A stretch of 64,000 nt of DNA from Blasia pusilla (taxonomy: Eukaryota). The position numbers were made by a program, and so were the translations under genes. The stretch lies in NCBI GenBank assembly GCA_050084515.1, contig CM114271.1, positions 26,040,001-26,104,000 on the forward strand, written 5' to 3'. Shown piece by piece: positions 39,230-52,500 of the stretch (position 1 is the first letter of the stretch; each line of letters begins with the position of its first letter). Under the pieces are notes generated by a model. The model saw nothing but the letters and a program-made list of their open reading frames with translations. It was not told the origin of the DNA and made no database searches.

Positions 39230-41680
39230 TTTATTTTGGGAGGGGGTTGGGCCATAAGTCCTAGGTGAGGAAGGTAGATGAGAGTTCATACTAGGGGGAG
39301 CATTGCCGTGGATGGGAGAGAGCCGATTACCATTAGTGCTAGTTCGAATGGGGGTTGTGGGATGGATTCTAGTTGGGGTTGTCTCTTGAGTTTGATGGAG
39401 GGGTTTATGTTCTCTTCTTGGTGAGCAGTGTCCATACTTCGACCCGCATCGACCTCTCGTGTAGGAGCCCGTGGATCGGCTGGCCAAAGAGAGGTTGTGA
39501 CCCGATTGCGGCACTTTTGAGGAGACGATTGGGAGTCTTTGTAGTGCGAGTTTGTGGCATATGCCATAGGTAGCACTTCACTTGGTTTCTCTACGGATGA
39601 TCTTGTAGGAGCCAGGTTGTGACGATGTAGGACACTTGGATGAGCGGGTGAGTACTCGCGTGCGTTCTGCCCTATGGACATGGCTCCTCCTTCCGCTATT
39701 ACCATCGACGCCCTCCGGAGGCTCCATCCCTGTCTAGCGGTTACCATTCCAGCTTTTGTATGTGCATTCCATCCTGACACGACTTTATGCCTAGATCCGT
39801 CCCTCTTTGCACGGGCACTATGCTAGCGGCTTTTCCGAGTTGCTTCAGGTTGCCTCTCACCTAGCTCAGGGGAGAGTGCCAACAGTAGTGGCCCAAGTAT
39901 TGGGAACGGGGCGACTTTTGGCATTGTCGAAGGGGGGTGGAGGGATCGATCCAATTGCCATAGGTGAGGTGCTCTTGTGGTTGGTGAGTCACACTATCGA
40001 TTTGCAATTCCTTGAGGCTTTCCAGTCACATTTGAGTGCGCACCACTTTGGAGTTGCCATGCCAGCCAGTTGTGAGACTATAGCCTTAGGTTTGAGGGCT
40101 TGTCTGGATATACATCCTAAGTGGGTGGTTCTCCAAGTTGACGCGGAGAACGCCTTCAACTCAATGTCTCGAGCAACTATCTTCACGGAGTTGAGAGACA
40201 AAAGGGGTCCTATTGCGAACATGTTTCCCTACGTGCACGCTTTCTATGGGGCCCTTCGGCCCTCTACTTTCACCACGGTAGGTTTGAGGAGGAGGTCACG
40301 GTTTTGGATTCTACTATCGAGACTCGTCAGGGTGATCCCTTGGGTGCACTGGTGCATTGTTTGCTTTGGCTCACTATCGAGCGGTTCTTTCTACGGTGGA
40401 GGCTTTCTTGGGTTGCATTTTTCCTTCGTTTGCAGATGATACTCACATTGTTGGCGCTGCAGACCTTGTCGTTCTTGCATTTCAGCACTTTTAAGCATAG
40501 TTGGCACGTTTTGGCCTCACGGTGAAGGTGGGAAAGTGCAAGGCTTGGTCTCCATCAGGTCTGCCGGTTGATATTCATTTATCCGACGGTTTTTTGACAT
40601 GTGTTGGAGGGCTTGCGTCTTGGGAGTCCTATTCGGGAGCCAAGACTTTGTATCGAGTTCTGTGGCGACGGCTCTTACAGGGAATCTTCTCCACGTCAAC
40701 GATCTCACGAGCATTGGTGGCCCTCAAGTAGCTTATGGGATCCTCTCATCCTGTTTCGCTTGTAGACCTGGTTATCTTTGAAGAACCTTGTGGGCGTTTA
40801 GCCATATTTCTTCATTGTATAGATCCTTTTATAGAAAGATCATGCAGGCATTTGGGGATCTATTAGGACCCGACTCCTAAGAGTGGCCTGCGGGGGAGTT
40901 AGCTCGTGGACATGCTTCTTAGCCGATTGCTTTTGGTGGAGTAGGTCTTATAGTGACTGAGTTAGTGGCGTCTTCGGCTTTTTTAGGGATTTGGGCCACT
41001 GTAGCACCCCTCCTTTGCTTCCAATTTTTGGTTAGGGATAGACCGCTCCTTTTACAATACGTTTCCCAGGTTGAGGATGGCCTTTTCCCGCTTCAGTCTT
41101 CACTCACAACTTGTAGAGACTCCCTTCTAGTTGAGGCTTGAGCATTTCTTCCCACTTTCTCTTCTCTAGTTACATCCAGACAGTCTGGGCTCCAATCTTC
41201 TTTGATGGAAGCCCACTTTGAGGCAGTGTTCAAATCTATTATGTCGGATGGGAATATCCCCGTGGAGGTTCGAGCATGTATTCGCTCTTGCTCCGGAAAG
41301 GGGGCAAGCTCAAGGGTGGGGGCTCGCCCCCTCATCCCGACTTTCCTCATTGCACCACTTATCTACACTGTAGGGATGCGATTCCGACTCGGCCTCCTCC
41401 AACCATCGGTGGTTGGTTCCACACATTGCGGGTGTCTCCGGAGTCTGGATCCACTTGGTGTGCATTTGGCATTGAGATGTACGGGGCTATGAGGGAGAGG
41501 TTTGACTCATTCCTTACGGATTGTGCCCATCATCTCCAATCGAGAAATGAGTTATCTTTAATCACTGCGATTTTTCTATAGACAACGGGTCTCCATAATT
41601 TTGCAGCGTGCCCAGACAAATGGCCTTTTTCGACGGCTAAGGCCGTTGGAGTGTGGGTGTTCCGAGGGTTTTTTTTTTCT
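39230..41680 (+). mobile_element. Degenerate CRE-like (restriction-like endonuclease) non-LTR retrotransposon
   Basis: RT motifs LLALSKGGGGIDPIAIGE, HFGVAMP, QVDAENAFNSMSR, RQGDPLG, FADD, FGLTVKVGKC and GGVGL; RFRLGL followed by a CxC...H...C knuckle; RLE-tail-like YRQRVSIILQRA. The endonuclease core appears deleted. Boundaries approximate. Confidence 0.78.
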
Positions 41681-42319
41681 CTCTATTCCCCCGGGGCTCC
41701 TTTGTATCCGAACCGTTGGCGAGAACCGGAACCAAATTTAGCTGATACAAGTAGGGCCCGTAAAAACAGACACGATGAATATGTTCGAAGGTGGATATGT
41801 TTGAAGACTGCCTGCGCATGTTTTTCAGCTTGCTCACACTCCCCGGACGCACGTTCGTCCTACACTAACTTCTCGAGTCCTCGAGAAGTATGATGCGCTC
41901 TGATTGCTCAACGTTATTTTTGTCTGCGTCTATGATGTTTTGGAGGGCCAAAGTTTTCAGTTCCAGAAGCGGCTCGGGTTTGTTCAAGTAGAATCAAGCA
42001 TTGTTCAGTGACTCGTCATGTCCGATTTACGTGTGGCAGATCTTGGAATGCTCGCCCTCCAAGGAGAGTTGGTTTTTTTCTACTGAATGGATTCGGAAAT
42101 CTGTGGGGTGCGATCAGTCACGAGCTCCGTGGTCGGTTGTGTGAGGTTTAGGGAGAGAGAGAGAGGCGTTCCTAGCTTTTAAGAGCTGCGAACACTTATT
42201 CTGAATCTCATGGAGATGTATTGTAGGAAGATTGGGGTCTCCAGTTGCGCAAGTCGCGCTGTGCGATCTGCCACAAAGTGATGACGCAGTTCTCTGGTGT
42301 GTACCCGGAGCGAGTGACC

Positions 42320-42470
42320 ATGGCGACGATGGTGGCGGTGCTTTGGAATTGCGTGGTGGCTCTGTTTGCTGCTGCTCCGCCGGTCGCAGACGAATAGCTC
42401 ACTCGACTCCTGCACCTCTGCCAAAACCGATCCAGTTTCCCGGGCCCGGAGGCACGCTACTCCCCGGGGA
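42320..42470 (+). pseudogene. 5' fragment paralogous to exon 1 of the dienelactone hydrolase-like gene
   Basis: MVAVLWNCVVAL...RIAHSTPAPLPKPIQFPGPGGTLLPG versus MMAKLWNSMVAL...RIARSEAAAPLPELIEFPGPGGTQLSG; frameshifted, and similarity ends abruptly. Confidence 0.8.
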
Positions 42471-42907
42471 TTTTTTCACATCCAGAGAGTAGGTCCTTTG
42501 AGAGTGGGTCCTTTGATGGATTCGGAACCAAATTCGGTGATTGGATGGTGTTTGTGAGGACTTGGGTGTGGAGGCTGAGGCAGATCGGTTCTAAGCAAAG
42601 GCCCCGAAACACAATTGGGTGTTATAGTGTGGCGCAGGGCCGATGGTTGGGCGTTGTGGGAGAGATGGCACTCATTAAGTCGTGTCTTTCGTCGTCGTAG
42701 CTCAGAGAACCCATGGCACGGTGCGAGTGCATCGATTAAGGAGATGAAGGTTGGCGCTAATTTATTGAGGAAGGGAGCCACGGATTTCGAAGATTGGAGG
42801 TTTTGCATCAAGAGTTAAGAGTTGCGGATTAGAGTCTAGGGCTTTTTTGGATTGAACGGAGGTGTCGGAAACGAATGCACCGAAGTGTAAGTTTGTGAGC
42901 AGAGAAG

Positions 42908-45900
42908 ATGGGGATCACCGCAAATTTCGCTCTGCTTTTCCTAATGGTCGTAAGTGCGGGACAGGGAGCAGCAGAAACGACAGCAGGGCCTGCCCACACT
43001 AATACCTGGGCTGTGCTCGTTTGCACTTCTCGTTACTGGTATATCTCCCCACTGGATTTTAGTTGTTGTATGGTGCATTTCTAGTTTCAAGTGTGGCCAG
43101 ATCGAGAGACTTTGGCTCATCTGATGTCACAATGGGAAGCGTCATTACCTTTTGTTGGAAAGTTTGGAGGCTCTTATTTCTTTACAGACAGTGCATCCGC
43201 ATTGTTGTTTTCCGTGAGGTGAAATTTAGGAGTCTCCTTCATCAACAGCACCCATAATCTGCGATTATGCGTGCTGAAGGAGACGTATCCAATGGGGGAT
43301 TATTTTCCTGGGTATTGGTGACTGCCATGTTAGGGATTTGACTATGTGCATATTCTGGAAGGTTTCTCTAAAGGTGCCCTGCCTGTCTGCAGGTTTAACT
43401 ACCGACACATGGCGAATACTCTTTCTCTTTACAGGCAAATGTTCCTTCACCGTGATGCTATGCCCGTCAGTTGTTTTCTGAACCTCAAAGCAATAGCCTT
43501 TCCGAATTTTTGTTGGTTGTTACTTTTGGGAGTTGTTTCGAGCTTTTTCATGAGGGCTCAACTACATAAACCGAGATTCAACTCTATGTGAACTTGTTAT
43601 GGTATTTCAATTCCTGAAACTCTTCTGTCCATTTTGGAACTTTTATACTCTCAGGACAGTGAAGCGATTAGGGATTCCGGATGATCATATTATTTTGATG
43701 CTATCAGATGATATGGCCTGCAATGCAAGGAACAAGTATCCTGCCCAAGTCTTTAACAACGAGAATCATCGACTCAATCTGTATGGTGACAATGTTGAAG
43801 TAGGTGATTCTCCTCTCAGAAACACTCAAATCCTTGAGCAATTTTGTCATCTTGCATTATCACCATTCAGTGCAACTTATTATCTTGAAGCTTTTTCCGA
43901 TTTGGATATCTTGAGGAGGGACTCTCGTCTAACTGCTTGGATTCTTTATCCTGGAACACAAATTAAACCATGTTGACTGTTTCCCTTTACCTATTCTTTA
44001 CGATTTTCCTCCGGGCTATTAGAGCAGAGGCTAATCCTGATATTATATAGAAAGTACTCTTTTAGGGAGGCTACAGCAATCTTCACCAAATTGCTACCAG
44101 TGATTCAGTTGTTATTCCCATTCAGTTCGGGCTTATAATGTTGGACGCTCCTTTCACTCACCATTCCATCTGAATTATCAGTTCTCGTAGCATGTGTGCT
44201 CGTGCTCTTAATCTCGTCGTCATCAGAGCGCACAAAGTGCTGAATCTCAAAGCTTTTGGTTTGTGCAGGTAGATTACAGAGGCTATGAGGTTACAGTTGA
44301 GAACTTTTTGCGTGTGCTCACAGGTCGACATGATGCTGCAGTGCCACGCTCCAAGCGATTGCTAAGTGATGAAGGTAGCAACATACTGTTGTACATGACT
44401 GGGCATGGAGGTAATCGATTCTTGAAATTTCAGGATGCGGAAGACATTCAAAGTCATGATCTGGCCGATGCTTTCGCTCAAATGCATGAGAAGAAAAGGT
44501 TGAGTCTTGTTCTTGGCTGGCATATGCCTATAGTGATGTCAGAGGACAACAGTGTAATCTGATTGATGTAACGTGAGGATTTAGCTGCTGCAATCTGATT
44601 CTAGGCCTCAGATTTCAACTGAGATACCTATAGTGATGTGCTTGTTTGACTGTCTCAAGTATAATTTCTGTACCACTTTCAGTAACTGGGATAGTTATCA
44701 GGGAATTTGGGGTGCTGTAGCCTAGAATGTGCTTCTTTGACCAGAGTATGACGTTCTCAAAGCAATAATAATGGAGTGGTAAATGCATTGAGAACATGAG
44801 TATGAATTGGGAAGGAAAATCATTTCTCTTGACTTCCATTTGCCTACAGAGGATTTATTGCCTGCACTGATTTAGTTCTCCCATAAGGAGGAAAAGAGGG
44901 TCCAGGAATCACTCGAGCAGTATCTGCATCAACTACTGACATGGAAAAAATTGTGCAGATATCGGGAGCTTCTAGTTATGGTTGATACCTGCCAGGCTGC
45001 CACTCTCCATTCTCAGGTGCATATCAGTCCTCATGGTCAAAATCTGATGCTCAGAATTAGCTCCATGGTAAAGAAGACCTGTCGAAGGGGGAAATTATGA
45101 CTTGCATAAATTGATGTAAATCCCTGAGAGGGTAGTGCCTATATGGTATGTAGGTTCATGAGTGCCTTGTTCTTTTTCAATAACAACGGCAATGTGATAT
45201 GAATTATTAGTAACAGTATACCTTTTTTGCTCTTGTAGCAATGACAAAAGGCGTACTTTAGCATCTTTTGCTACTCATTTTACTATTTTCTGGCAGCTCA
45301 AATTTTAGTCAATTGTCGTTTTTGAGACTGATTCAGCTTCTGCAGTGTTTCTTAGAGGGTTCTAGATTTCTAATGGGTGTATTTGGTATGTAAATTGGGA
45401 TACAGTTATATTCTCCAGGAGTCCTGGCCGTCGGCAGCAGTTTAAAGGGGGAGAGTTCTTATTCACACCATCTTGACCCAGATGTGAGTTCTGGTGTTTC
45501 GTGTAGTCTCTGATGTGAATTTCTGGATTTTTGTTATATGCAATCAATCTTCCATAGATTTGCTGCTGCCTGTTGGTTCTTCATGCTGAAAAGAGGAATC
45601 TTCTGATGAGACCTGAAACTCTGATGTTAAAGGAATAGCAGTCTGCAACTAGGCTTGTAAAAGCTGGAGTGCTAAGCAACAGGAAGTAGGACAGTGGGAA
45701 AAAGGTTGCAGTGCGCTATAATTGGGTACATTTTCATGACAGAAATCGTAGGGAGACTGAAGCCTTCAGTACAATTCTGATGCACTGTAGTAGACAAGTC
45801 GGCAGGCATTACTGGCAATTAACCACTAGAGCAATTACTGCTGTCAGTAGTTACAACCTGCAAAGTTTCTGGCATATTATGAGTCAATAACTGGAGCAGT

Positions 45901-48354
45901 AGCTGTGTCTCTATGAAGAGGATGGTTCTCTCTTGTCAATGCTTCATTAACTGCTTTTGCCACCATATCATTGGTATCACAATCCACTGTTCATATGAAT
46001 CTACTTCTGTATCAGCTCTTCAATGCAATGATGGTGAGCAGCTATGTGCTTAGTTCTTTTAGAATATCAGAGTTTCTCTATAACCTAGCTATTACAAGCA
46101 CACTTAGTGCAATAGCAACCACTCAGGTTAGATTGTAGAGGAAAGCACTAGACAAGCTGTACCACCAGACTACCTAGCATTCTCAAGCACACGTAGTGCA
46201 ATAGCAACCACTCAGATTAGCAGCAGTAGACATCTCAATGGCAAGCACTCAGATTAGTACTATTAGACACCTGGCGTCACAAGACTCACTGAACCCCTCA
46301 GGTCAGCAGACCTCTCAGTCTGGAAGCAGGAGCACACTGAACTACTGAGGTCAGAAGCACAATCCACTCAGGTAAGCCAAGCACACTCAGCGCTGCTCAA
46401 TCAGGTCCTCAGCTCAGAGAGTTCTGTACGAAAAGGTGTAAGAAATGTAATTTCGCAGGGCACCCTCAGGGGGTTATATACAGCCAAGAGAACGAGTTTC
46501 TAGGTTTTAGGGTTAGTGCCTGCCGCCCACAGTAATTCTCAGAATTACTGAGGTAACTATATAGTAACAAGAAGTTACCATTTACTGTGGTAAAACACTA
46601 AGTTACTATAGTAATTCTATCAGTTACTTTCTACTATAGTAAACTCCAAGTTACTATGTTTTTACAAGAAGTTCTTTCTGGTATCAGTAGATCTGCTTGT
46701 ATTTAGCAAGGTAATTGGACTTTGATTAGCACAGTAAACTACAATGTTACTTATGACCAATGTTGCCAAGCAAATCCCTCACAAAGCTGCCTCTCTGAGA
46801 ACCTTTGTTTCATGCAACAACATAACATTTTCACTGCATACTGATTTTGGGACGAGTACAATTGGCAGCTTTCAGAAGACTACCATCAGTAGAATCATAT
46901 TGATTTCTTTAACCTTTGCCGACGCTTAACCTTCAAGTTGGAAGTGTACCAGTACATGTGTATGTTCAACGTCTGAGTCTATACACTGATTTTTCATTTC
47001 AGGTTGGAGTATCGGTGGTAGATCGTTTCACATACTACACACTCCAGTTTTTTGAAAATCTTGATATCTTTTCAAATGAAACACTGCAAAGGTATGCTTA
47101 CACACCACTTCTTCAAGATATGGATTTTAGTATGTGTTAGGTATGTCCTTTTGAGCAAACCTTCTTAACACATCTGTTGAAGACAGTCCAGAATTTGGGA
47201 TAACATGCGAATCTCAATATGCAGGACTGCTGAATGTATAGAGTGAAGCTCAGACTGATGACTAACCAGTATTGGAAGTGTCTTTATATAGAAAATCTTC
47301 TCCTTATATAGAAAATCTTCTCACCAGTCATTTTTTCAAGCCTTCTAGTATCTGGATGATGCCGAAGTGGGAAGTAGGAAGTTGGATCTTCTTTTTGTCG
47401 CACAAAAATCTTACTTAGGAGTATTTGCTTATGTCTAGAGGAGTAGGGTGATTGGATTTATATGGAGGCTGCGTGGTAATATGAAATCATCTGTACTGTA
47501 TGCAGCCTTTTACAGACTTTTGACCCAAAACTGCTCGATTCACACATAGATTATAGGAGTGATCTCTTCTCTCGGGCTCTTGACAAGGTAGAGTTTGTCT
47601 TGTTAGCCAACCGAATGAAATGGATTCATACTTCTGCAAAAGCTTCATTGAAGCTGCACATCATCAGAAGATGATTTCGCAATGAAACCTTTTTCAATTA
47701 TTCTCATCTGGTGTATCTTTGCTCTCCATAGTTGAGCTGGTTGACACCATTAAGCCTTAGATTATAGCACGGTGCTGACTCTGGCTTTCTTCACAAATCA
47801 GGTTCCTTTGACAGATTTCTTTGGATCTGTAATGGAAGTAGAACATACGACTGCTGCATATCCAGGGTATTTTCATTCCTCAAAAAAGGACAAGGATACA
47901 ACATTTGAAGTGGAAAGAGTGTCAGGGGAAACTGGCCCTTCATGCGAGGGGGATTCTGCTGTAGATTACACAAAGGTAACTGGACTTGTTCTTCATCCTT
48001 GAATAGTGGTTTCAGTCTCCATGTGAAAATGCTGAATTCTTTTTGCACGTTGTTGAGCAGGGCTCCAGTTTCACTCTGTCATAAGTTCTGCCGGTTAAGT
48101 CCCTCATGGGAGGCATTTCAAAATGCTGGAATCATTCTTACACAAGGACAATGATTTCAGCAGCAATCCTGCCTACTCACCATGCACATTTGTGACAGGG
48201 TGACAATTGGCAGGAAAGGAGTGAAGCCAAGGGAGTTGCATTTGAGCTGTACAGCAGAAGAGCGGACGATCGTCCTGTTGTTTTTGGACTCATTGGACTT
48301 GCAATTGCTGTAAGCGTATCATCCCTGTTGTACCCGAACACTCAATCAAGTTAG
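42908..48354 (+). CDS. GPI8: GPI-anchor transamidase catalytic subunit (peptidase C13). Exons 42908-43038, 43393-43434, 43655-43799, 44269-44498, 44959-45016, 45406-45483, 47003-47091, 47506-47587, 47802-47975, 48199-48354
   Basis: Signal peptide; [45 protein letters not shown], catalytic TGHGG and [14 protein letters not shown]-terminal TM helix [18 protein letters not shown]. Intron phases are consistent; intron 2 is GC-AG. Confidence 0.96.
46057..46669. mobile_element. Probable solo LTR in intron 6 of GPI8
   Basis: Flanked by AGTTC/AGTTC (46052-46056, 46670-46674); termini TTTT...AAGA, each one change from TGTT...AACA; internal repeat caagcacac..agtgcaatagcaaccactcag twice; TATA-like TTATATA. 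Confidence 0.5.
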
Positions 48355-49384
48355 TGCTCTTCCTCAAACCAAAGAGGACTACTGAACCAAACTTGCTGAA
48401 GATTGACCTTCCAGAAGCTTCTCTCTGACCTTTCCAGATGGCAGAAAACTTTTCAGAGGACCTGAAGGGGATCATTTTTCTAACACCTCAACGGTTTGAT
48501 GCAACTCCGCAGCCAACATAGTAGCAAGCTATCAACTGGTGATAGAGTTAGGTGGCTTGTCCTTTAGCTTGTACCTAGTGCCTGTGATGCTTATGGCAAC
48601 TCTTCGTAGACACTGGAGTTGAGGCCAATTATTAGATAGAGTAGACTGGCTGTTCCTTGAAGTGCAGTGATACATGGTGCTTCTTTCGGGCTACAACCTG
48701 ACGACACCCTACACATGAGTATGTGATGGGAACCAGGAGGAATTTGTTTCTAGCATATCTACGTACTTTGGTGATTGTTATCATGCTGGAATGTCCCTTG
48801 GCATTTTTCAGATGTCCCCCAAATCTTGCAGATGCTTGCTGCTCTCAAGGTGACATGCAGTTGAGAAATAGTATTGGATTCTTGTTTTGGTCCCTAAATG
48901 CAGGTACAAGATTGAATTTCCTCTCGGCGTGGCCCTGCGTCGTGAGATATCAAACACTTAAGTTAGTAGCATCAAATTTGCTCGGGATATCCACAGATCA
49001 AATCTAGTTCTGTTTTGAAAAGGAACACTAAAAGATTTTCCTCCCGAAGCATAGTTTGCGTCTCTGCCCACATATGCTACCCCATTTCCTTTTTTATGAG
49101 AACTGAAAATCCTTTCAGAGGCTAACTTCCGAATAGTTACATGAGGTTTGAGGCCCCCATTGTGCCAAATGTAGAAGCCAATTGAAGGGAGTTATTCCTT
49201 GGGAGGCATATCGTATCAATTAATGACTTTTTGGTACATAAAATTGGATATGAGACATGATGCCAAGAATGTTCATAACGTCAAAGATGAAATTATGGGT
49301 TACAGACTCTTAGATTATGGATCTTGATAAATAGTGTTCAAAGTTCAGGACACACGGGATATTAATAAGAAATCCATTTGTAGC

Positions 49385-49543
49385 CAAGTTATTATTTTTC
49401 CATGACGTTGAATTTTCTAGGAATGCCCTTGTCCACAAGTTATTATTATTTTCATGACGTTGGACATCTAGGAATGCCCATGTCCACAAGTTATTATTAT
49501 TTTCATGACGTTGAATTTTCTAGGAATGCCCATGTCCACAAGG
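49385..49543 (+). repeat. Tandem minisatellite, 3 units of ~51-52 bp
   Basis: caagttattatt...catgacgttg...ctaggaatgccc.tgtcca repeated head-to-tail with no unique spacers. Confidence 0.9.
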
Positions 49544-52500
49544 ATATATAGCATTTAGATTTAGAAGATGACAATTCTTAGTTAGACGGACCTAATGAAC
49601 CTAATCAAAAGCTAGGAGGATGATTGGGGTGCTTCCATGTCATTTTTGGCATCGTATTTGAATACGATGCCAAAGATCATGATCGTATTTGAACTTACAC
49701 AATCACCCAAACCTTGTGGACACAACACCTTGATATATTTATATTCAAATAAAATCAATGATAACCTCACAAGACCTTAGGAAGACCATCACCTTAATTG
49801 TAATCAAGATTTGAGGGACTTTGTAAGCTAGCTCAAAGTTTCTTTGAGCTAACAATTTTTGTAATTTCCCTTTTACCTATAACGAGTAGTTTCTCATGAG
49901 TGAATAAGTAAATTGAGATCTTTGGGTGTCGCTTGTCACTCAGCTCTTGTGAAGCTCTCTTCCCGTTCCATTCCACATGAACAAGAATGCGGCCTTGGTA
50001 TTGTCAAAGAAAGGGTAGCAAATATAGTAAGCCATGAAGTTGAGTAGACATCAATAAAGCAACAATATAGGAGGGAAAAGTGAATGCCTTTTGTGAAATG
50101 CCATCGGGGCATGCTGCAGATGGTTGTATACAATATAAAGACTGACGTAGTTTTCATTGACCATAACGATGTAGGATACCAAGGTGTGATGCGTGCTGAT
50201 GTTAAGTTTAGCTATCGGGCTCGAGTCGTCTTATTAGCGTCGGATGAAGACAAAAACTTCGATTGGCGGACTTTCGTTTGACTAGTTACTAGCTAAGATG
50301 GCTTAGCAAAGTCTTCCTATATATTCTTCAAGCCTATATATAGGTTTGATAGAGTCTTCCTAGCTATCCAGGGTGGGGTGACCCTTATCCCCATAAATAG
50401 CTGCGCCTTTTCTTGCGTAAGGCTAGTCTTAGGGCGCATGCTTGTCTCACCTAGTGTTAGTCCTACGACTGGTTTCCTCATTATTCGTAGTCTTGTGACT
50501 ACCTAGTCTACGTTTAGACTTTGGTGAGTGAAACCAAAGTCTTTCCTCTATGGACAGACGATCATAACTTGCTTCTCGACTCCCTTGTCGTGCGAATCCA
50601 CATCGTAATACAACATACATCGCTGACATACCATACTCACATACATACATAATATAGATGAGAGCATCCACAAACACAAGTGTACCACAACTGAAATCCG
50701 TGAAAGAACTAATGTCATAAAACACGTATAGAATCACATACAATCGAACCAAACCCACTCCACGATGGGAGAATCCAGTCGAAGCTTGCGGGAACCATCA
50801 TAGCCAAGAGCTCTACTCACTACCAAGGCTAACTCCAAACGCAAGAGGCTCAACTCAAAGAACTAACTGTTCTTTGAGTGCACTCCACACTATATCCTCC
50901 AACCTAAGAGCGGGCCCTACTGGAAAAGTCACCCTCAACTGAGTCACCCTCAACTGAGTAACCCCCAACCCTATGTATGAAACCGCATCTCTACCTAGAC
51001 ACTACGGCCCTACATAAGGTATGGCCTCTACTAGCACACTATACTCTACAACATAATCCGTACGGTCATGACAGTTGTCGTGCGAATCCACATCGTCATA
51101 CAACATACATCGCTGACATACCATACTCACATACATACATAACATAGACGAGAGCATCCACAAACACAAGTGTACCACAACTCGTCCCCCTAACTGGCGG
51201 TTAGGTCCCTCTAACTCCCAGTTAGCCCTATACATCTACTACATGCTATACACCTTCGTGGGTGCACGAATCAGAAGGCCGGGTGCTAGGTTGCCCCATC
51301 GTTAGTCGCACATCTGTAATCCATATCATGCAAAGATCAAGTCATCTACCTCTCCTAAGTACATTGAGGACAAACCCACCTTCCAGTAGGAACAACATCC
51401 ATACGTGGACTCAAACATATCATGTGCCAACCCCTAGAACACCGATCAGACACCAACATACGGGCTGCGTTACCAGTAGACCCATACAACATGCACCTCA
51501 AGCTAGCACGTATCATGGCTAAGCTCGGGTCAACAATACCAATCACATTTGGAAGATGACATGGCCCACAATTACGCACATGGTCCTTCCAAACAACTCC
51601 ATCACGACCCTCCAACATGAGAACTCCAGAAGCTAACACCTCGCGCACTCGTAAAATAGTGCGGCCTGCCGTCACATCCAACGTTGTCGGTGCAATCTGA
51701 TGCAAATAGACATAGTCCCCCACATGGAACCTACGAATCGATGGTAAATAACCTCCACCCCGAATGGTTGCATACCGCAACGTATCCCTGTGTTGAGCAA
51801 TGGCAAGATTCTCAAAGGCAGTTGGCATAACTCTCCAAAAGAGCTCTGCCCGCTGAGAACACACTCATCCACATCTTTGGGTCATCAAGGTTCACCACCT
51901 CACTAGACTCCGACAATTGTCCTTTGGCAAGTCCGGATCTCGGCCGTATAACAGAAAATAAGGTGAGAAGGAAGCCAAGGATGCTTGGCGACTGAACCTA
52001 TACCCCATGGCTAACCATGGTAACTGAATATCCCAATCTCCAAGATGCCCCTTCTGTAGGCCATACTTGCGCAATGCCCTCTTTACCGTCTGAACCACAC
52101 GCTCAGCCAAACCATCTGCCTCTAGATGATCTTGAGACGTGGTCTGATGATCAATCAACGCCTTGTCACACAAGACCTGAAACTCACCCCAAACTCAGAC
52201 CTTGGTCGGTCAAGACTTCATTTGGTGCACCAAAATGACTAAACACTCTATCAAGAAACGCATAGGCCGTTCCCTCACTTGCCTTGTCAAGTAATGCCAC
52301 CAACTCAATCCACTTGGAGAAGTGGTCCACCATCACCAACACATATCGATGATATCGTACAGTCAACGGTAACGGTCCCGCAAAGTCCACACTCCAACGG
52401 TAACCCAACCCCATAATAGGCAAAGGATGTAACTGTGGTGTAGGGGCATTGAATGATGCCCTCACCTGGTCACAAACCATACAACGTGACACCAACTACT

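Noticed and set aside
47283-47322. 20-bp tandem duplication in a GPI8 intron
   Set aside because: Ordinary slippage duplication with no sign of function.
49385-49543. CRISPR-like array
   Set aside because: Head-to-tail units without unique spacers, no cas genes, eukaryotic context.
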